Source: a bacterium
Lineage (GTDB): Bacteria; Margulisbacteria; Marinamargulisbacteria; JABIPA01
Length of the DNA stretch: 64,000 bases
Reading direction: 5' to 3'
Assembly (NCBI GenBank): GCA_018698675.1
Contig: JABIPA010000023.1
Span: 37,409-101,408 of the forward strand
In this document: positions 1-9,789 of the stretch, piece by piece
Layout of the letters: every line of letters begins with the position of its first letter
How positions within the stretch are numbered: the first letter of the stretch is position 1
Translations under genes and position numbers: made by a program
Notes under the pieces: model-generated
The model's input: only the letters and a program-made list of their open reading frames with translations
The model's database searches: none
Told to the model about the DNA's origin: nothing

Positions 1-132
1 ATAACATCGTTATCTGACCCGAATCTTGCTTCTGTAGCTGTAATTTTACCTTGAGGAACTCCTTCTGCAGGTTTAAAAGAAAAATCTTTTCCTGTTCCAA
101 AGTTTACTACTCCTGATGTTATTGCATCCATA
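1..132 (-). CDS. Partial CDS of unknown function; the N-terminus is in the window and the gene runs off the 5' edge
   Basis: Reverse-complement ATG at 132..130, preceded by a strong SD (AAGGAGAC). It translates as MDAITSGVVNFGTGKDFSFKPAEGVPQGKITATE... with no stop before the window edge. It is absent from the ORF track because it is under 60 aa within the window. Confidence 0.4.
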
Positions 133-466
133 ATATTGTCTCCTTATTTTCTATTTTTTATTTCTAAAAATTTCATTCTTACCTATTTATCGATGTATCA
201 AAATATAAATTTCATTTAATTTTAAATTGATAGATAATAACTTCAATAATTCAATATATTTTTAAAGTTACTCAATAAATCAAATTTTCTCAATAACTTT
301 TTAATATATGTATAGTATATTTATAAAATTAACAAAATATAAACGAATCTCAACTAAGTAATCGGAATAAGTGGTGAATTTAACAATATATTAACTTCTT
401 GAAATTGATAAATTCATAAGATTATTGTAATCTTTGCCTTCACATATTCAATTATAGGATCAATTT

Positions 467-1480
467 ATGAAAACACAACTGGAATCAATACAAAAAATTT
501 CACATGACTCGATTTTAGGAGCTAAGACATCAATAGACTTAGATCTTATTAAATCTAAAACATTAGGGAAAAATAGCGACTTTAACGGTTTGATGAAACT
601 CCTTTCTACAATACCTAAAGAAGAGCGACCAGAGATGGGTAAACTGATAAATGCTGTAAAAAAGGAGCTCGAAGCTCAAATAAACGAGAAGCAAAAAGAT
701 CTTCTCAAGTCAGAGCGAGAATCAAGTTTAGCGAATCAAACGATTGATTCAAGCTTGCCTGGGATTGAATTTCCTATCGGAACAAAACATCCAATCATAC
801 AGACAATTGAACGTATTACTGAAATTTTGGGAAGAATTGGCTTTGACACAAAAGAAGGTACAGAAATAGAGACCGATTTTTATAATTTCGAAGCCTTGAA
901 TATAAAAGAAGATCATCCAGCAAGAGATATGCACGATACATTTTATTTAAATACGGATCATGTTCTCAGAACACACACATCTCCTGCTCAAATCCATGAA
1001 ATGGAAACGAACAGCCCTCCTATTAAAATAATTGTTCCGGGGCAAGTCTTTAGATGTGATTCGGACGTTACTCATTCGCCAGTGTTTCATCAAATAGAAG
1101 GTTTATATGTAAATAAAAAAGTTTCTTTTGCTGAGTTAAAAGGGACATTATCTTTTTTCATTAACGAATTATTTGGATCCACACCTATACGATTTAGACC
1201 AAGTTATTTTCCATTCACAGAACCTTCATCAGAAATAGACGTTCAATGTGTCATGTGCCAAGGAAAGGGATGTAATGTTTGCAGTCATACGGGCTGGTTA
1301 GAAATTTTAGGTGCTGGAATGGTAAATCGAGAAGTTTTTAAATCAGTTGGTTATAATCCAGATGAGGTACAAGGCTTTGCATTTGGGGTGGGTGTAGAAC
1401 GAATTGCAATGCTAATGCATGGTATAAATGACATTCGATTATTTTATGAAAATGATCGTCGATTTTTAGAACAATTTTAA
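467..1480 (+). CDS. pheS: Phenylalanine--tRNA ligase alpha subunit
   Basis: 337 aa with class II aaRS motifs (FRCDSDVTHSPVFHQIEG, GAGMVNREV...GFAFGVGVERIAML). pheT follows immediately. Confidence 0.95.
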   Translation: MKTQLESIQKISHDSILGAKTSIDLDLIKSKTLGKNSDFNGLMKLLSTIPKEERPEMGKLINAVKKELEAQINEKQKDLLKSERESSLANQTIDSSLPGIEFPIGTKHPIIQTIERITEILGRIGFDTKEGTEIETDFYNFEALNIKEDHPARDMHDTFYLNTDHVLRTHTSPAQIHEMETNSPPIKIIVPGQVFRCDSDVTHSPVFHQIEGLYVNKKVSFAELKGTLSFFINELFGSTPIRFRPSYFPFTEPSSEIDVQCVMCQGKGCNVCSHTGWLEILGAGMVNREVFKSVGYNPDEVQGFAFGVGVERIAMLMHGINDIRLFYENDRRFLEQF

Positions 1481-1502
1481 GATTTAGGAAGCGTATAAAA
1501 AT

Positions 1503-3914
1503 ATGAAATTTTCACTGAATTGGTTAAAAGAATATGTAAATATCTCAATAACGACTGACGAGTTAGTAAATAAGCTTGTAATGGCGGGACATGAAGTAGA
1601 GGAAATTATTGAACTTGGTCACGAGTTAAAGAACGTTGTTACCGGCAAAATTCTTTCTATAGAGAAACATCCGGATGCAGATAAATTAGTGATTACTCAG
1701 ATTTCTGATGGAACGACAGAACACCAAATCGTTACTGGCGCAAATAATATTAGTGTTGGAGATATTGTTCCTGTAGCTATTCCGGGAGCCGTTTTACATA
1801 AAGGATTTAAAATAAAGGCGTCTAAATTGAGAGGTGTTCCATCTAATGGAATGTTATGTTCAGAGACAGAGCTTGGTCTTACAGAATCTTCGAATGGAAT
1901 TTGGATTTTGGATAAAGAAATCCCTGTAGGTGTGGATTTTATATCATACGCATCTCTACGAGATACCATTCTTGATGTGTCTATTTTGCCAAACCGAGGG
2001 GATTGTCAAAGTATATACGGTCTTGCCCGAGACTTATCTGTTGTTTTAAATACTCCTTTGAAGAAGTTGGAGATATCAGTGAATTTAACTGAAGCGTCGT
2101 CTACTTTATCTTTTTCTAATGAAGGAAAAGAATTTTGTGACCGTTACACAGGTCGAATCATTAGAAACATTAAACCTACAGAAACGCCTTTAAAAATAAA
2201 ACGCTTTTTACAAGGAATGGGTGTAGGGACGATAAATTTTGTCGTAGATATAACTAATTATGTTTTGCTTGAAACAGGCCAGCCTTTACATGCCTTCGAT
2301 TTTTCTCATGTTAATGGGTATGACGTTTCCTGTAAGCAAGCAAATTCGAAAGAAAAGATAAAAGGCTTAGATTCAAAGACATATGAACTGAATACAGAAG
2401 ATTATGTAATTGCTATTGATGGGAAGGCTCAGGCGATAGCAGGGCTTATAGGTGGCGATGAATCATCAGTTAAGGAATCTACATCTGATATATTTTTGGA
2501 AGCAGCTAATTTTAGGTCTGCTCCTATAAGAAAAGCACAGCAACGACATGGATTGAGAACTGAAAGTTCGATTCGATTTGAAAAAGGAACTGATGTAGAA
2601 GCTGTTGAACGAGCGTCAGCAAGGGCTGCTCATTTGTATCAAAAATATGCAGGAGCTGTTGTTGAGTCACTCGCTATTGATTATAAAAAAGAAGGTGTTG
2701 GTTCATCATCTTCCATTAAATTTTCATATAGAGATATTACGCAACTTATTGGATTGAATTTATCCAATCAAGATATTGATAATCCTTTAAGACAATTGGG
2801 TTTTGAAATCGAAAATGGACGTGTTTTTGTTCCCTCGTGGAGAGTGAATGATTGTGTTGATTGGCCTTGTCTTGCAGAAGAAGTTCTTAGGATAAACGGA
2901 TTTGATGGTGTTCCTGAGGTTTTGCCTTTAGAAACAGTTGTTCCTTCAAAAAAAGAAAGAAAAAGAGAACTTCGAGATTTGATGTCAAATTTTATGATTA
3001 GTAATGGGTTTAACCAAGTTGTCTCTTTCCCAATGATTTCTCCGAAAGTAGCGGTTAACCAAGATTTAGTTATTAAAAATCCTATTTCTTCGGAAGAGTC
3101 TGTTATGCGTGCGGATATTCGGCCAGAATTATTAAGAATTGCAGAACACAATTTAAAAAGACAACAAGAACATTTGAAATTGTTTGAAGTTGGTAAGGGA
3201 TTTTCGTTAGTTGATAACCAGCCAAAAGACACCGTTTTTTGTGAAGGTATATGTACTGGCGCACTATTTGGAAAGTCTTATCAAAAAGATGTCGCTAAAA
3301 TTAAAGGTGATGATTATTTTGTTCTAAAAGGTTACTTAGTAACTTGCTTTAAACATATTGGCTTTAATTTAGAGTTTTTATCGGTGGAAGAGGCCAAGGA
3401 AGAGGAACTTAAAGAAGCGAGTCTCAAAAATAAAGGTGATGATTCTGGTGCTTATATTCCGGGCAAACATACTTATTTGACTGTCAATAAGAAAGTGGTT
3501 GGGGAATTTGGTATATTGCATCCAAATTTTTTGGACACATATGATATTTCGGATCAAGTATCTTACTTTAAATTAAATATCACTATCCTTTCCAAACTGA
3601 ATGTAGAAATTGCTAAGTATCGTCCATTTTCAAAATTCCCGTCGACTAGGCGTGATATTGCTCTTGTTATTCCTAAAACACTTGCATACGACAAAATTGA
3701 ACGATTTGTAGAAACTAACAAACCTAGGACCTTGAAAAAAACGTTTATTTTCGACGTGTTTGAGTCTGATAAGATTGGTTCAGACAACCGAAGTATAGGA
3801 TTAGCATTTGTGTATCAAAATGATAAAAAGACGCTAGAGGACAAAGACGTTAATAGGGCCCACGACAAATTATCGGAAAGACTCTTAAAAGAGTTTAATC
3901 TTTCGTCTAGATAG
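1503..3914 (+). CDS. pheT: Phenylalanine--tRNA ligase beta subunit
   Basis: 803 aa. The N-terminus has a tRNA-binding EMAP/Myf-like domain (GKILSIEKHPDADKL), then B3/B4, B5 and FDX-ACB-like regions. It sits downstream of pheS. Confidence 0.95.
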   Translation: MKFSLNWLKEYVNISITTDELVNKLVMAGHEVEEIIELGHELKNVVTGKILSIEKHPDADKLVITQISDGTTEHQIVTGANNISVGDIVPVAIPGAVLHKGFKIKASKLRGVPSNGMLCSETELGLTESSNGIWILDKEIPVGVDFISYASLRDTILDVSILPNRGDCQSIYGLARDLSVVLNTPLKKLEISVNLTEASSTLSFSNEGKEFCDRYTGRIIRNIKPTETPLKIKRFLQGMGVGTINFVVDITNYVLLETGQPLHAFDFSHVNGYDVSCKQANSKEKIKGLDSKTYELNTEDYVIAIDGKAQAIAGLIGGDESSVKESTSDIFLEAANFRSAPIRKAQQRHGLRTESSIRFEKGTDVEAVERASARAAHLYQKYAGAVVESLAIDYKKEGVGSSSSIKFSYRDITQLIGLNLSNQDIDNPLRQLGFEIENGRVFVPSWRVNDCVDWPCLAEEVLRINGFDGVPEVLPLETVVPSKKERKRELRDLMSNFMISNGFNQVVSFPMISPKVAVNQDLVIKNPISSEESVMRADIRPELLRIAEHNLKRQQEHLKLFEVGKGFSLVDNQPKDTVFCEGICTGALFGKSYQKDVAKIKGDDYFVLKGYLVTCFKHIGFNLEFLSVEEAKEEELKEASLKNKGDDSGAYIPGKHTYLTVNKKVVGEFGILHPNFLDTYDISDQVSYFKLNITILSKLNVEIAKYRPFSKFPSTRRDIALVIPKTLAYDKIERFVETNKPRTLKKTFIFDVFESDKIGSDNRSIGLAFVYQNDKKTLEDKDVNRAHDKLSERLLKEFNLSSR

Positions 3915-3937
3915 TTGCTATTAAGGGTTTTTAAAAA

Positions 3938-6379
3938 ATGATAGAAACTCCTATGTTACGCCAATATCTTGCTATTAAAAAAAACTATCAAGATGCAATT
4001 CTGTTTTTTCGATTAGGCGATTTTTATGAAATGTTTTTGGATGATGCTAAACTCGCTTCACGAGAATTGTCGCTTACATTAACAGGTAGAGGAAAAGATG
4101 AAAATCGAATTCCTATGTGTGGTATCCCTCATCATTCATCTAGTTCTTATATAACAAAATTAGTTAACAAAGGTTATAAAGTAGCCATTTGTGAACAAGT
4201 AGAAGCTGCCGATTCAAAAAAGGGGATTACGAAGCGTGATGTCGTAAGAGTGATAACTCCGGGGACAGCTTCAGAATCTACAAATATTGAAGAGACAGAA
4301 CATAATTTTATCGTATCAATTTCCTATTCTCTTTTAAATAATAAATACGGAATCTGTTTTGGAGATGCGAGTACAGGTGAAACATTCGCATATGAAGTAA
4401 GTCAAAAGATAGACGCAATTAATGCTATTTATCGTTTAGGGGCAAAAGAGATTTTATTGGATGTTAACTGTGAATTGGTTTTAGATGATTCAGTATTAAT
4501 AAATAGGTTCGAATCAGTGTCTTTTGAAAAAGCAGAAAAAAAATTATGTTCACATTTTAATCTTCAGTCATTAAAGAGTTTTGGAATTGAAGATTTAAAT
4601 AGTTCATTTCCCGCCGTTTGGGCATACCTCGATTATTTAATGGATACTCAAAAAAATGGAGTCCCTCAAGTTAAAAATATTCATCCATTTTCTATAAATT
4701 TCACCATGCAGATGGATAAACAGACCATTAAAAATTTGGAGCTAACTAAGGCCTTAGACAGAAAGTCTGACGAAGGAACATTGTTTTGGGTTTTGAATGA
4801 GACGAAAACGAGTATGGGTGGTCGTCATTTAAGACATCGATTGATTCATCCTTTTAGAGACGAATCGAGCATTAACAAGCAATTAGATGCTGTCGAATCT
4901 TTGGTAGAAAATTACCAATCGAGAGAGAGTGTTAGAGAACATTTGAATGCCGTGTATGATTTGGAACGGTTGATGACTAGAATAGCAGGAGATAGTCAAA
5001 ATCCTAGAGACTTAGTAGCTCTTAAAGAATCCTTAATTAAATGCCAGGAAATCAGGCTTTCAGATGTTAATGGCGACCTTTTAAAAGAGTCAAAATTGTT
5101 TTTTGATTCGTTATCTGACGTAACTAAACCGTGTTCTAATATTATTCAATTGATTGAGTCGTCGATTAAAGAAAACCCTCCCGTAAATTTAAGAGACGGA
5201 TTTGTAATTAGAGAAGGCTACAATTCCGAACTTGATGACCTTTCTACCTCTTTTTCAGAAATTAGAACATGGATATCAACATTAGAAAATGTTGAACGAG
5301 AAAAGACCGGTTTAAAGATTAAATTGGGATTTAATAGGGTGTTTGGATACTATTTTGAGGTTTCTAATTTATACAAAGATCAGGTACCAGACTATTATAT
5401 TAGAAAGCAAACATTAACAAATGGGGAACGGTTCATAACTCCTGAGTTAAAGGAAAAAGAGACAATCCTTTTAAATGGCGAAGAGAAGCAAAAAACACTT
5501 GAACTAGAAATATATAAAAAAGTTATTTTGGAGATTAAAGAATTTATACCTTTTATCCAATTATTGTCAGAACATATTGCAAAAATAGATTGTATTCAGT
5601 CATTGGCGACAGTTGCCCAGAAATTTAGATATACACGTCCTGAATTTGTTCAGGCAAAAGAGAATCCTGTCTTTGAAGTTAAACAAGGGAGGCATCCCGT
5701 TCTCGATAAAAAAGATGATGTTCAATTTATACCAAATGATCTTGAGTTGAATACAGATTGTTCTTTTTATTTAATTACGGGTCCCAATATGGCTGGTAAA
5801 TCAACCTATATGCGGCAAATGGCATTAATCGCTGTAATGGCTCAAATAGGAAGTTTTGTACCGGCAGAGTCTGTGGTAATGAGTCCTATCGATCGTCTGT
5901 TTACTCGAATAGGGACATTGGATAATTTATATTCTGGTCAGAGTACATTTATGGTTGAAATGCTTGAAACGGCTACGATATTAAATAATGCAACATCAAA
6001 CAGTTTTATTGTTTTAGATGAAATAGGTAGAGGTACATCCACATTTGATGGAATGAGTATAGCTGGGGCAGTTAGCCAGCATATTCATGACGGTATTAGG
6101 GCAAGAGCTCTTTTCGCTACCCATTATCACGAGTTGAACGAGCTATCTAAATCGTGTCGTCGTCTTAAAAATTATAGTATGAAAATTTCGGAAGTAGATG
6201 GGCAGGTAATTTTTAATTATGAGCTTATAGATGGTCCAGCTGATAAAAGCTACGGAATTCATGTCGCAGAAATGGCAGGTCTTCCAAATGAGGTTATTCA
6301 ACAGGCGAAACTTAGCTTAGAGAAATATGAGCAAGAATCTGCCCAGGAGACTGCAAGTGCTCAACTTGCTTTATTTTAG
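3938..6379 (+). CDS. mutS: DNA mismatch repair protein MutS
   Basis: 813 aa with an N-terminal mismatch-binding motif (GDFYEMF), a Walker A site (GPNMAGKST), and the ABC signature / Walker B region (LVLDEIGRGTST..DG). Confidence 0.95.
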   Translation: MIETPMLRQYLAIKKNYQDAILFFRLGDFYEMFLDDAKLASRELSLTLTGRGKDENRIPMCGIPHHSSSSYITKLVNKGYKVAICEQVEAADSKKGITKRDVVRVITPGTASESTNIEETEHNFIVSISYSLLNNKYGICFGDASTGETFAYEVSQKIDAINAIYRLGAKEILLDVNCELVLDDSVLINRFESVSFEKAEKKLCSHFNLQSLKSFGIEDLNSSFPAVWAYLDYLMDTQKNGVPQVKNIHPFSINFTMQMDKQTIKNLELTKALDRKSDEGTLFWVLNETKTSMGGRHLRHRLIHPFRDESSINKQLDAVESLVENYQSRESVREHLNAVYDLERLMTRIAGDSQNPRDLVALKESLIKCQEIRLSDVNGDLLKESKLFFDSLSDVTKPCSNIIQLIESSIKENPPVNLRDGFVIREGYNSELDDLSTSFSEIRTWISTLENVEREKTGLKIKLGFNRVFGYYFEVSNLYKDQVPDYYIRKQTLTNGERFITPELKEKETILLNGEEKQKTLELEIYKKVILEIKEFIPFIQLLSEHIAKIDCIQSLATVAQKFRYTRPEFVQAKENPVFEVKQGRHPVLDKKDDVQFIPNDLELNTDCSFYLITGPNMAGKSTYMRQMALIAVMAQIGSFVPAESVVMSPIDRLFTRIGTLDNLYSGQSTFMVEMLETATILNNATSNSFIVLDEIGRGTSTFDGMSIAGAVSQHIHDGIRARALFATHYHELNELSKSCRRLKNYSMKISEVDGQVIFNYELIDGPADKSYGIHVAEMAGLPNEVIQQAKLSLEKYEQESAQETASAQLALF

Positions 6380-6382
6380 TCT

Positions 6383-6937
6383 ATGAATATTTCAACTCCA
6401 TTATTAATTAAACCAAGGTTATTTAAAGATAATAGAGGCCATTTTTTTGAAAAATATAAACAATCGTCGTTTAAAGCATTGGGTATTAACGAACCAATCG
6501 TTCAGCTTAATGAAAGTAAATCTACTAAAGGGACATTAAGAGGTCTACACTTTCAAATTCCACCTTATTCTCAGGCCAAAATAGTATCTGTTTGTCATGG
6601 AGAAATTTTGGATGTAGTAGTAGATATTAACCCTTTTTCTCCCACATTTAAAACTTGGAAGCAATTCAATTTATCTTCCGAAAATAGACATAGTTTATAT
6701 GTCCCAGGGGATTACGCTCATGGTTTTTTAGTATTAAGCGATGAAGCCGTTGTTCAATATATGTGTAGTAGTGAATATTCTCCGGAAAGCGAAAGAGGCA
6801 TTATTTGGAACGAGAAAGAGTTTGGAATAGAATGGCCGGTGCAAGAAGGAGCTCCTCTTCAGTTTTCAGAAAAAGATGAAAAAGCGTCTTCTTTATCAAG
6901 CTTAAAGGACGAGCTAAAGAGTGTCTTCCGCAAATAA
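6383..6937 (+). CDS. rfbC: dTDP-4-dehydrorhamnose 3,5-epimerase-like cupin (RmlC family)
   Basis: 184 aa with an RmlC-like N-terminus (FKDNRGHFFEKY, RGLHFQ, SLYVPGDYAHGF). Confidence 0.75.
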   Translation: MNISTPLLIKPRLFKDNRGHFFEKYKQSSFKALGINEPIVQLNESKSTKGTLRGLHFQIPPYSQAKIVSVCHGEILDVVVDINPFSPTFKTWKQFNLSSENRHSLYVPGDYAHGFLVLSDEAVVQYMCSSEYSPESERGIIWNEKEFGIEWPVQEGAPLQFSEKDEKASSLSSLKDELKSVFRK

Positions 6938-7835
6938 TTTATTAGACGTCTCCTCTAGTTATATGTCGTTCGATGACTATCCTTTTAGAGTATATAGTGC
7001 GTGTAAACAGGATGATGACGTTGCATTAGTAATCGTTCATGGGATGATGGAGCATGGAAAGCGGTACTTCGAGTTTGCCAAATTTCTTCAAGACAATAAT
7101 GTATCAACTTATATTTTAGATTTACCTGGTCATGGTGAAACAGGTGACTTCAACAAAGATTTTGGTCATATGGACGATGAAGGGTGGTCTCATGCAGTTG
7201 GGTGTGTAGATGAACTTGTGAGATCGATTTCAAATTCAAAAAAGAATATTTTTATATATGGACACAGCATGGGTAGTTTTCTAGCGATGAAGGTTGGATT
7301 AACGAACTCCTTGATCAAAGGGATTGTCTTATCGGGAATGACATACCCGCCAATTGTTTCACTTAGAGTAGGGCGGGTTTTAACGGATATATGTAAGTTG
7401 GTTAATCCTAAGTTATCTGGCTGGGTTTTTCACAAACTAACCTTTCTTTTATGTGAAAATAGTTTTAAAAAAGATACATCAAAGTTTGCATGGTTATCAT
7501 CGGACAAAGCTAAAGTTGAAGAATATTCTTCAGATAAATATTGTGGGAAATTGTGTACAGTTGGGTTTTACAATCAATTGTTTAAAGGGGTGCATTCAGT
7601 TATAGATTTTGTACCGTGTCGGAAAGTAAATACATACATTTTATCGAGCTTAGATGACCCAATGGGAGGCTACGGAAGAGGGCCTAAAATGTGGGCAAAA
7701 TGTATAGCTAAAAAATGGGGGAGCAAGCTTAATTTTGTAGAGTATAGGGGCCGCCACGAATTGATTAATGAAATTGACCGGAAAAACGTCTATAATGACA
7801 TCCTTAACTGGATAAAGAGGAGCCGAAGAACATGA
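6921..7835 (+). CDS. Alpha/beta hydrolase (lysophospholipase / monoacylglycerol-lipase-like)
   Basis: 304 aa with the nucleophile elbow GHSMGS and an HG oxyanion region (VIVHGMMEH). The track start is a GTG at 6921 that overlaps rfbC; an alternative ATG lies at 6963. Confidence 0.7.
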   Translation: MSSANNLLDVSSSYMSFDDYPFRVYSACKQDDDVALVIVHGMMEHGKRYFEFAKFLQDNNVSTYILDLPGHGETGDFNKDFGHMDDEGWSHAVGCVDELVRSISNSKKNIFIYGHSMGSFLAMKVGLTNSLIKGIVLSGMTYPPIVSLRVGRVLTDICKLVNPKLSGWVFHKLTFLLCENSFKKDTSKFAWLSSDKAKVEEYSSDKYCGKLCTVGFYNQLFKGVHSVIDFVPCRKVNTYILSSLDDPMGGYGRGPKMWAKCIAKKWGSKLNFVEYRGRHELINEIDRKNVYNDILNWIKRSRRT

Positions 7836-9655
7836 ACTGGAAAACAAGAGTACACTGTAATACCGTAAGCGAAACGAATTTGAATGAGACAATTCATTTA
7901 AATGGATGGGTAGATGCTGTAAGAGATCACGGGCATTTATTTTTTATTCATTTAAGAGACATATCAGGAATTGTGCAGCTTGTTTTCGATCCTACAAAAA
8001 ACAAAACATGTTATGACATAGGAAAAAAATTACGTTCTGAGTGGACAGTAGACGTTAAAGGAACTGTTTTAAAACGAGATTCGGAAAGTATTAATGCACA
8101 ACTGGAAACGGGATGTTTTGAAGTTGAAGTTACAGATATTAATGTGTTAAGCCAATCAGAAACCCCACCATTTTCAATTTCTGAAAAAGATATAACATCA
8201 GAACACGAACGTAATTACGAAGTAGATGAAGAGTTAAGACTGAAATATAGATATTTGGACTTACGTAGACCGTCTATGAAAAATAATATGATTCAGAGGC
8301 ATAAAATTGTGAAGGCTATTCATAACTTTTTGGATGCTCGTGACTTTTTGAACATCGAGACTCCAATGCTAACAAAGAGTACGCCTGAAGGAGCACGGGA
8401 TTACTTGGTTCCTAGTAGAGTACATAAGACTAAATTTTACGCGTTACCTCAATCTCCCCAACTTTATAAACAGATGATTATGATGAGTGGATTAGAACGG
8501 TATTATCAAATCGTGAAATGCTTTAGAGATGAAGATCTTCGTCCAAACCGTCAGCCAGAATTTACTCAAGTTGATATTGAAGCGTCATTCATCGACGAAT
8601 CGTTTATTTTTGATTTGCTAGAAGGTTTAATTTCAGAAGTGTTTAAAACACAAAATATGAAAACATCTGCTCCTTTTCCTAGAATAACTTATGAAGATGC
8701 GATGAACACTTATGGTTCTGATAAACCGGATATTCGGTTTGATATGAAAATGGTAGACATGACAGAGGCATTTAAGGGTGTTGGATACAAAATATTTAAT
8801 CAAATTGTAGAGTCTGGCGGAAGTATAAAAGGAATTAATATTCCGGGACAAGCTGGGAATTTAGGGAAAAATTTACTTCAAAATGAATTTGCAAAAAAGT
8901 TGATACCAAAAATGGGTGGTAAAGGTATGACTTGGATGAAAGTTGAAGACGGTAAGTTGAATTCAAATATTGTTCAATTTTTTAACGATGACTATCAACA
9001 AAAAATGATATCGGCATTAGACGGTAAAGATGGAGATGTTCTCATTTTTATTGCAGATACAGATCCTGATTTAGTAAATGAAGTGTTGGGTAAATTTAGA
9101 TTGTTTATTGCTGATAGACAGGGATTAATCGATACAACAAAAAATGGTCTATGTTGGATTACAGAGTTTCCTTTGTTCGAAATGAAAGAGGGTAACTTAA
9201 GTTCAATGCATCACCCTTTTACTATGCCTGATGACAGTTTTATGGATATTGATATAAATGATAAAGATGCATTCTTAAATGTTAAATCTAGGGGCTATGA
9301 CCTTGTCTTGAATGGTGAAGAGATTGGCGGAGGGTCAGTTAGAATTCACGATACTAAAATGCAAAGCAAACTATTTGAGGTATTAGGCTTAACCGAAAGT
9401 GAAATCGAGGAGAAATTTGGATTTTTCGTTAACGCATTAAAGTTTGGTGCGCCTCCTCACGGTGGGTTGGCTATCGGACTAGATAGGTTAGTCTCTATAT
9501 TACTAGAAACCAATAGCATTAGAGATGTGATTGCATTTCCTAAAAATAGAGCAGCAGGTTGTCCACTAACGCAATCTCCAGATTCGGTTAAAAATAGTCA
9601 ACTTGCAGAATTGTCTATTCAGACGATTGAAGAAGAGGAATCCGTTTCCGTTTAG
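7832..9655 (+). CDS. aspS: Aspartate--tRNA ligase
   Basis: 607 aa with an OB-fold N-terminus and class IIb motifs (FRDEDLRPNRQPEFTQVDIE, GGGSVRIHD, PPHGGLAIGLDRL). There is a strong SD (AAGAGGAG). Confidence 0.95.
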   Translation: MNWKTRVHCNTVSETNLNETIHLNGWVDAVRDHGHLFFIHLRDISGIVQLVFDPTKNKTCYDIGKKLRSEWTVDVKGTVLKRDSESINAQLETGCFEVEVTDINVLSQSETPPFSISEKDITSEHERNYEVDEELRLKYRYLDLRRPSMKNNMIQRHKIVKAIHNFLDARDFLNIETPMLTKSTPEGARDYLVPSRVHKTKFYALPQSPQLYKQMIMMSGLERYYQIVKCFRDEDLRPNRQPEFTQVDIEASFIDESFIFDLLEGLISEVFKTQNMKTSAPFPRITYEDAMNTYGSDKPDIRFDMKMVDMTEAFKGVGYKIFNQIVESGGSIKGINIPGQAGNLGKNLLQNEFAKKLIPKMGGKGMTWMKVEDGKLNSNIVQFFNDDYQQKMISALDGKDGDVLIFIADTDPDLVNEVLGKFRLFIADRQGLIDTTKNGLCWITEFPLFEMKEGNLSSMHHPFTMPDDSFMDIDINDKDAFLNVKSRGYDLVLNGEEIGGGSVRIHDTKMQSKLFEVLGLTESEIEEKFGFFVNALKFGAPPHGGLAIGLDRLVSILLETNSIRDVIAFPKNRAAGCPLTQSPDSVKNSQLAELSIQTIEEEESVSV

Positions 9656-9789
9656 TGAGAAACTGTCGTTAATAAAATAGGTTTCTTTTGATCATCGTTT
9701 TTAAAAGGAACCTATGTTTATTTCGAAGATATTACGTTTTATTAATTTGTATGAAACAATTTTTAGAATCAATTTCTATTAAAAAGTAA

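Noticed and set aside
749-934. Antisense ORFs nested inside well-supported genes. Examples: 749..934, 1697..1969, 2768..3232, 3563..3787, 7650..7892, 8633..8851, 9953..10429, 11625..11846, 22469..22672, 27440..27655, 32140..32451, 38333..38518, 39543..39785, 40950..41483, 46363..46551, 48949..49206, 50656..51206, 51925..53823, 54128..56282, 58008..58211, 60182..60388, 61416..61829, 62535..63291.
   Set aside because: Each lies entirely within, and antisense to or out of frame with, a long ORF that carries clear family motifs. None has an RBS or recognisable domain, and their composition is typical of shadow ORFs in AT-rich DNA.
9658-9693. Possible terminator after aspS (AGAAAC...GTTTCT followed by TTTGAT)
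   Set aside because: The 6-bp stem has a 21-nt loop and a weak U-tract, so it is too weak to call.
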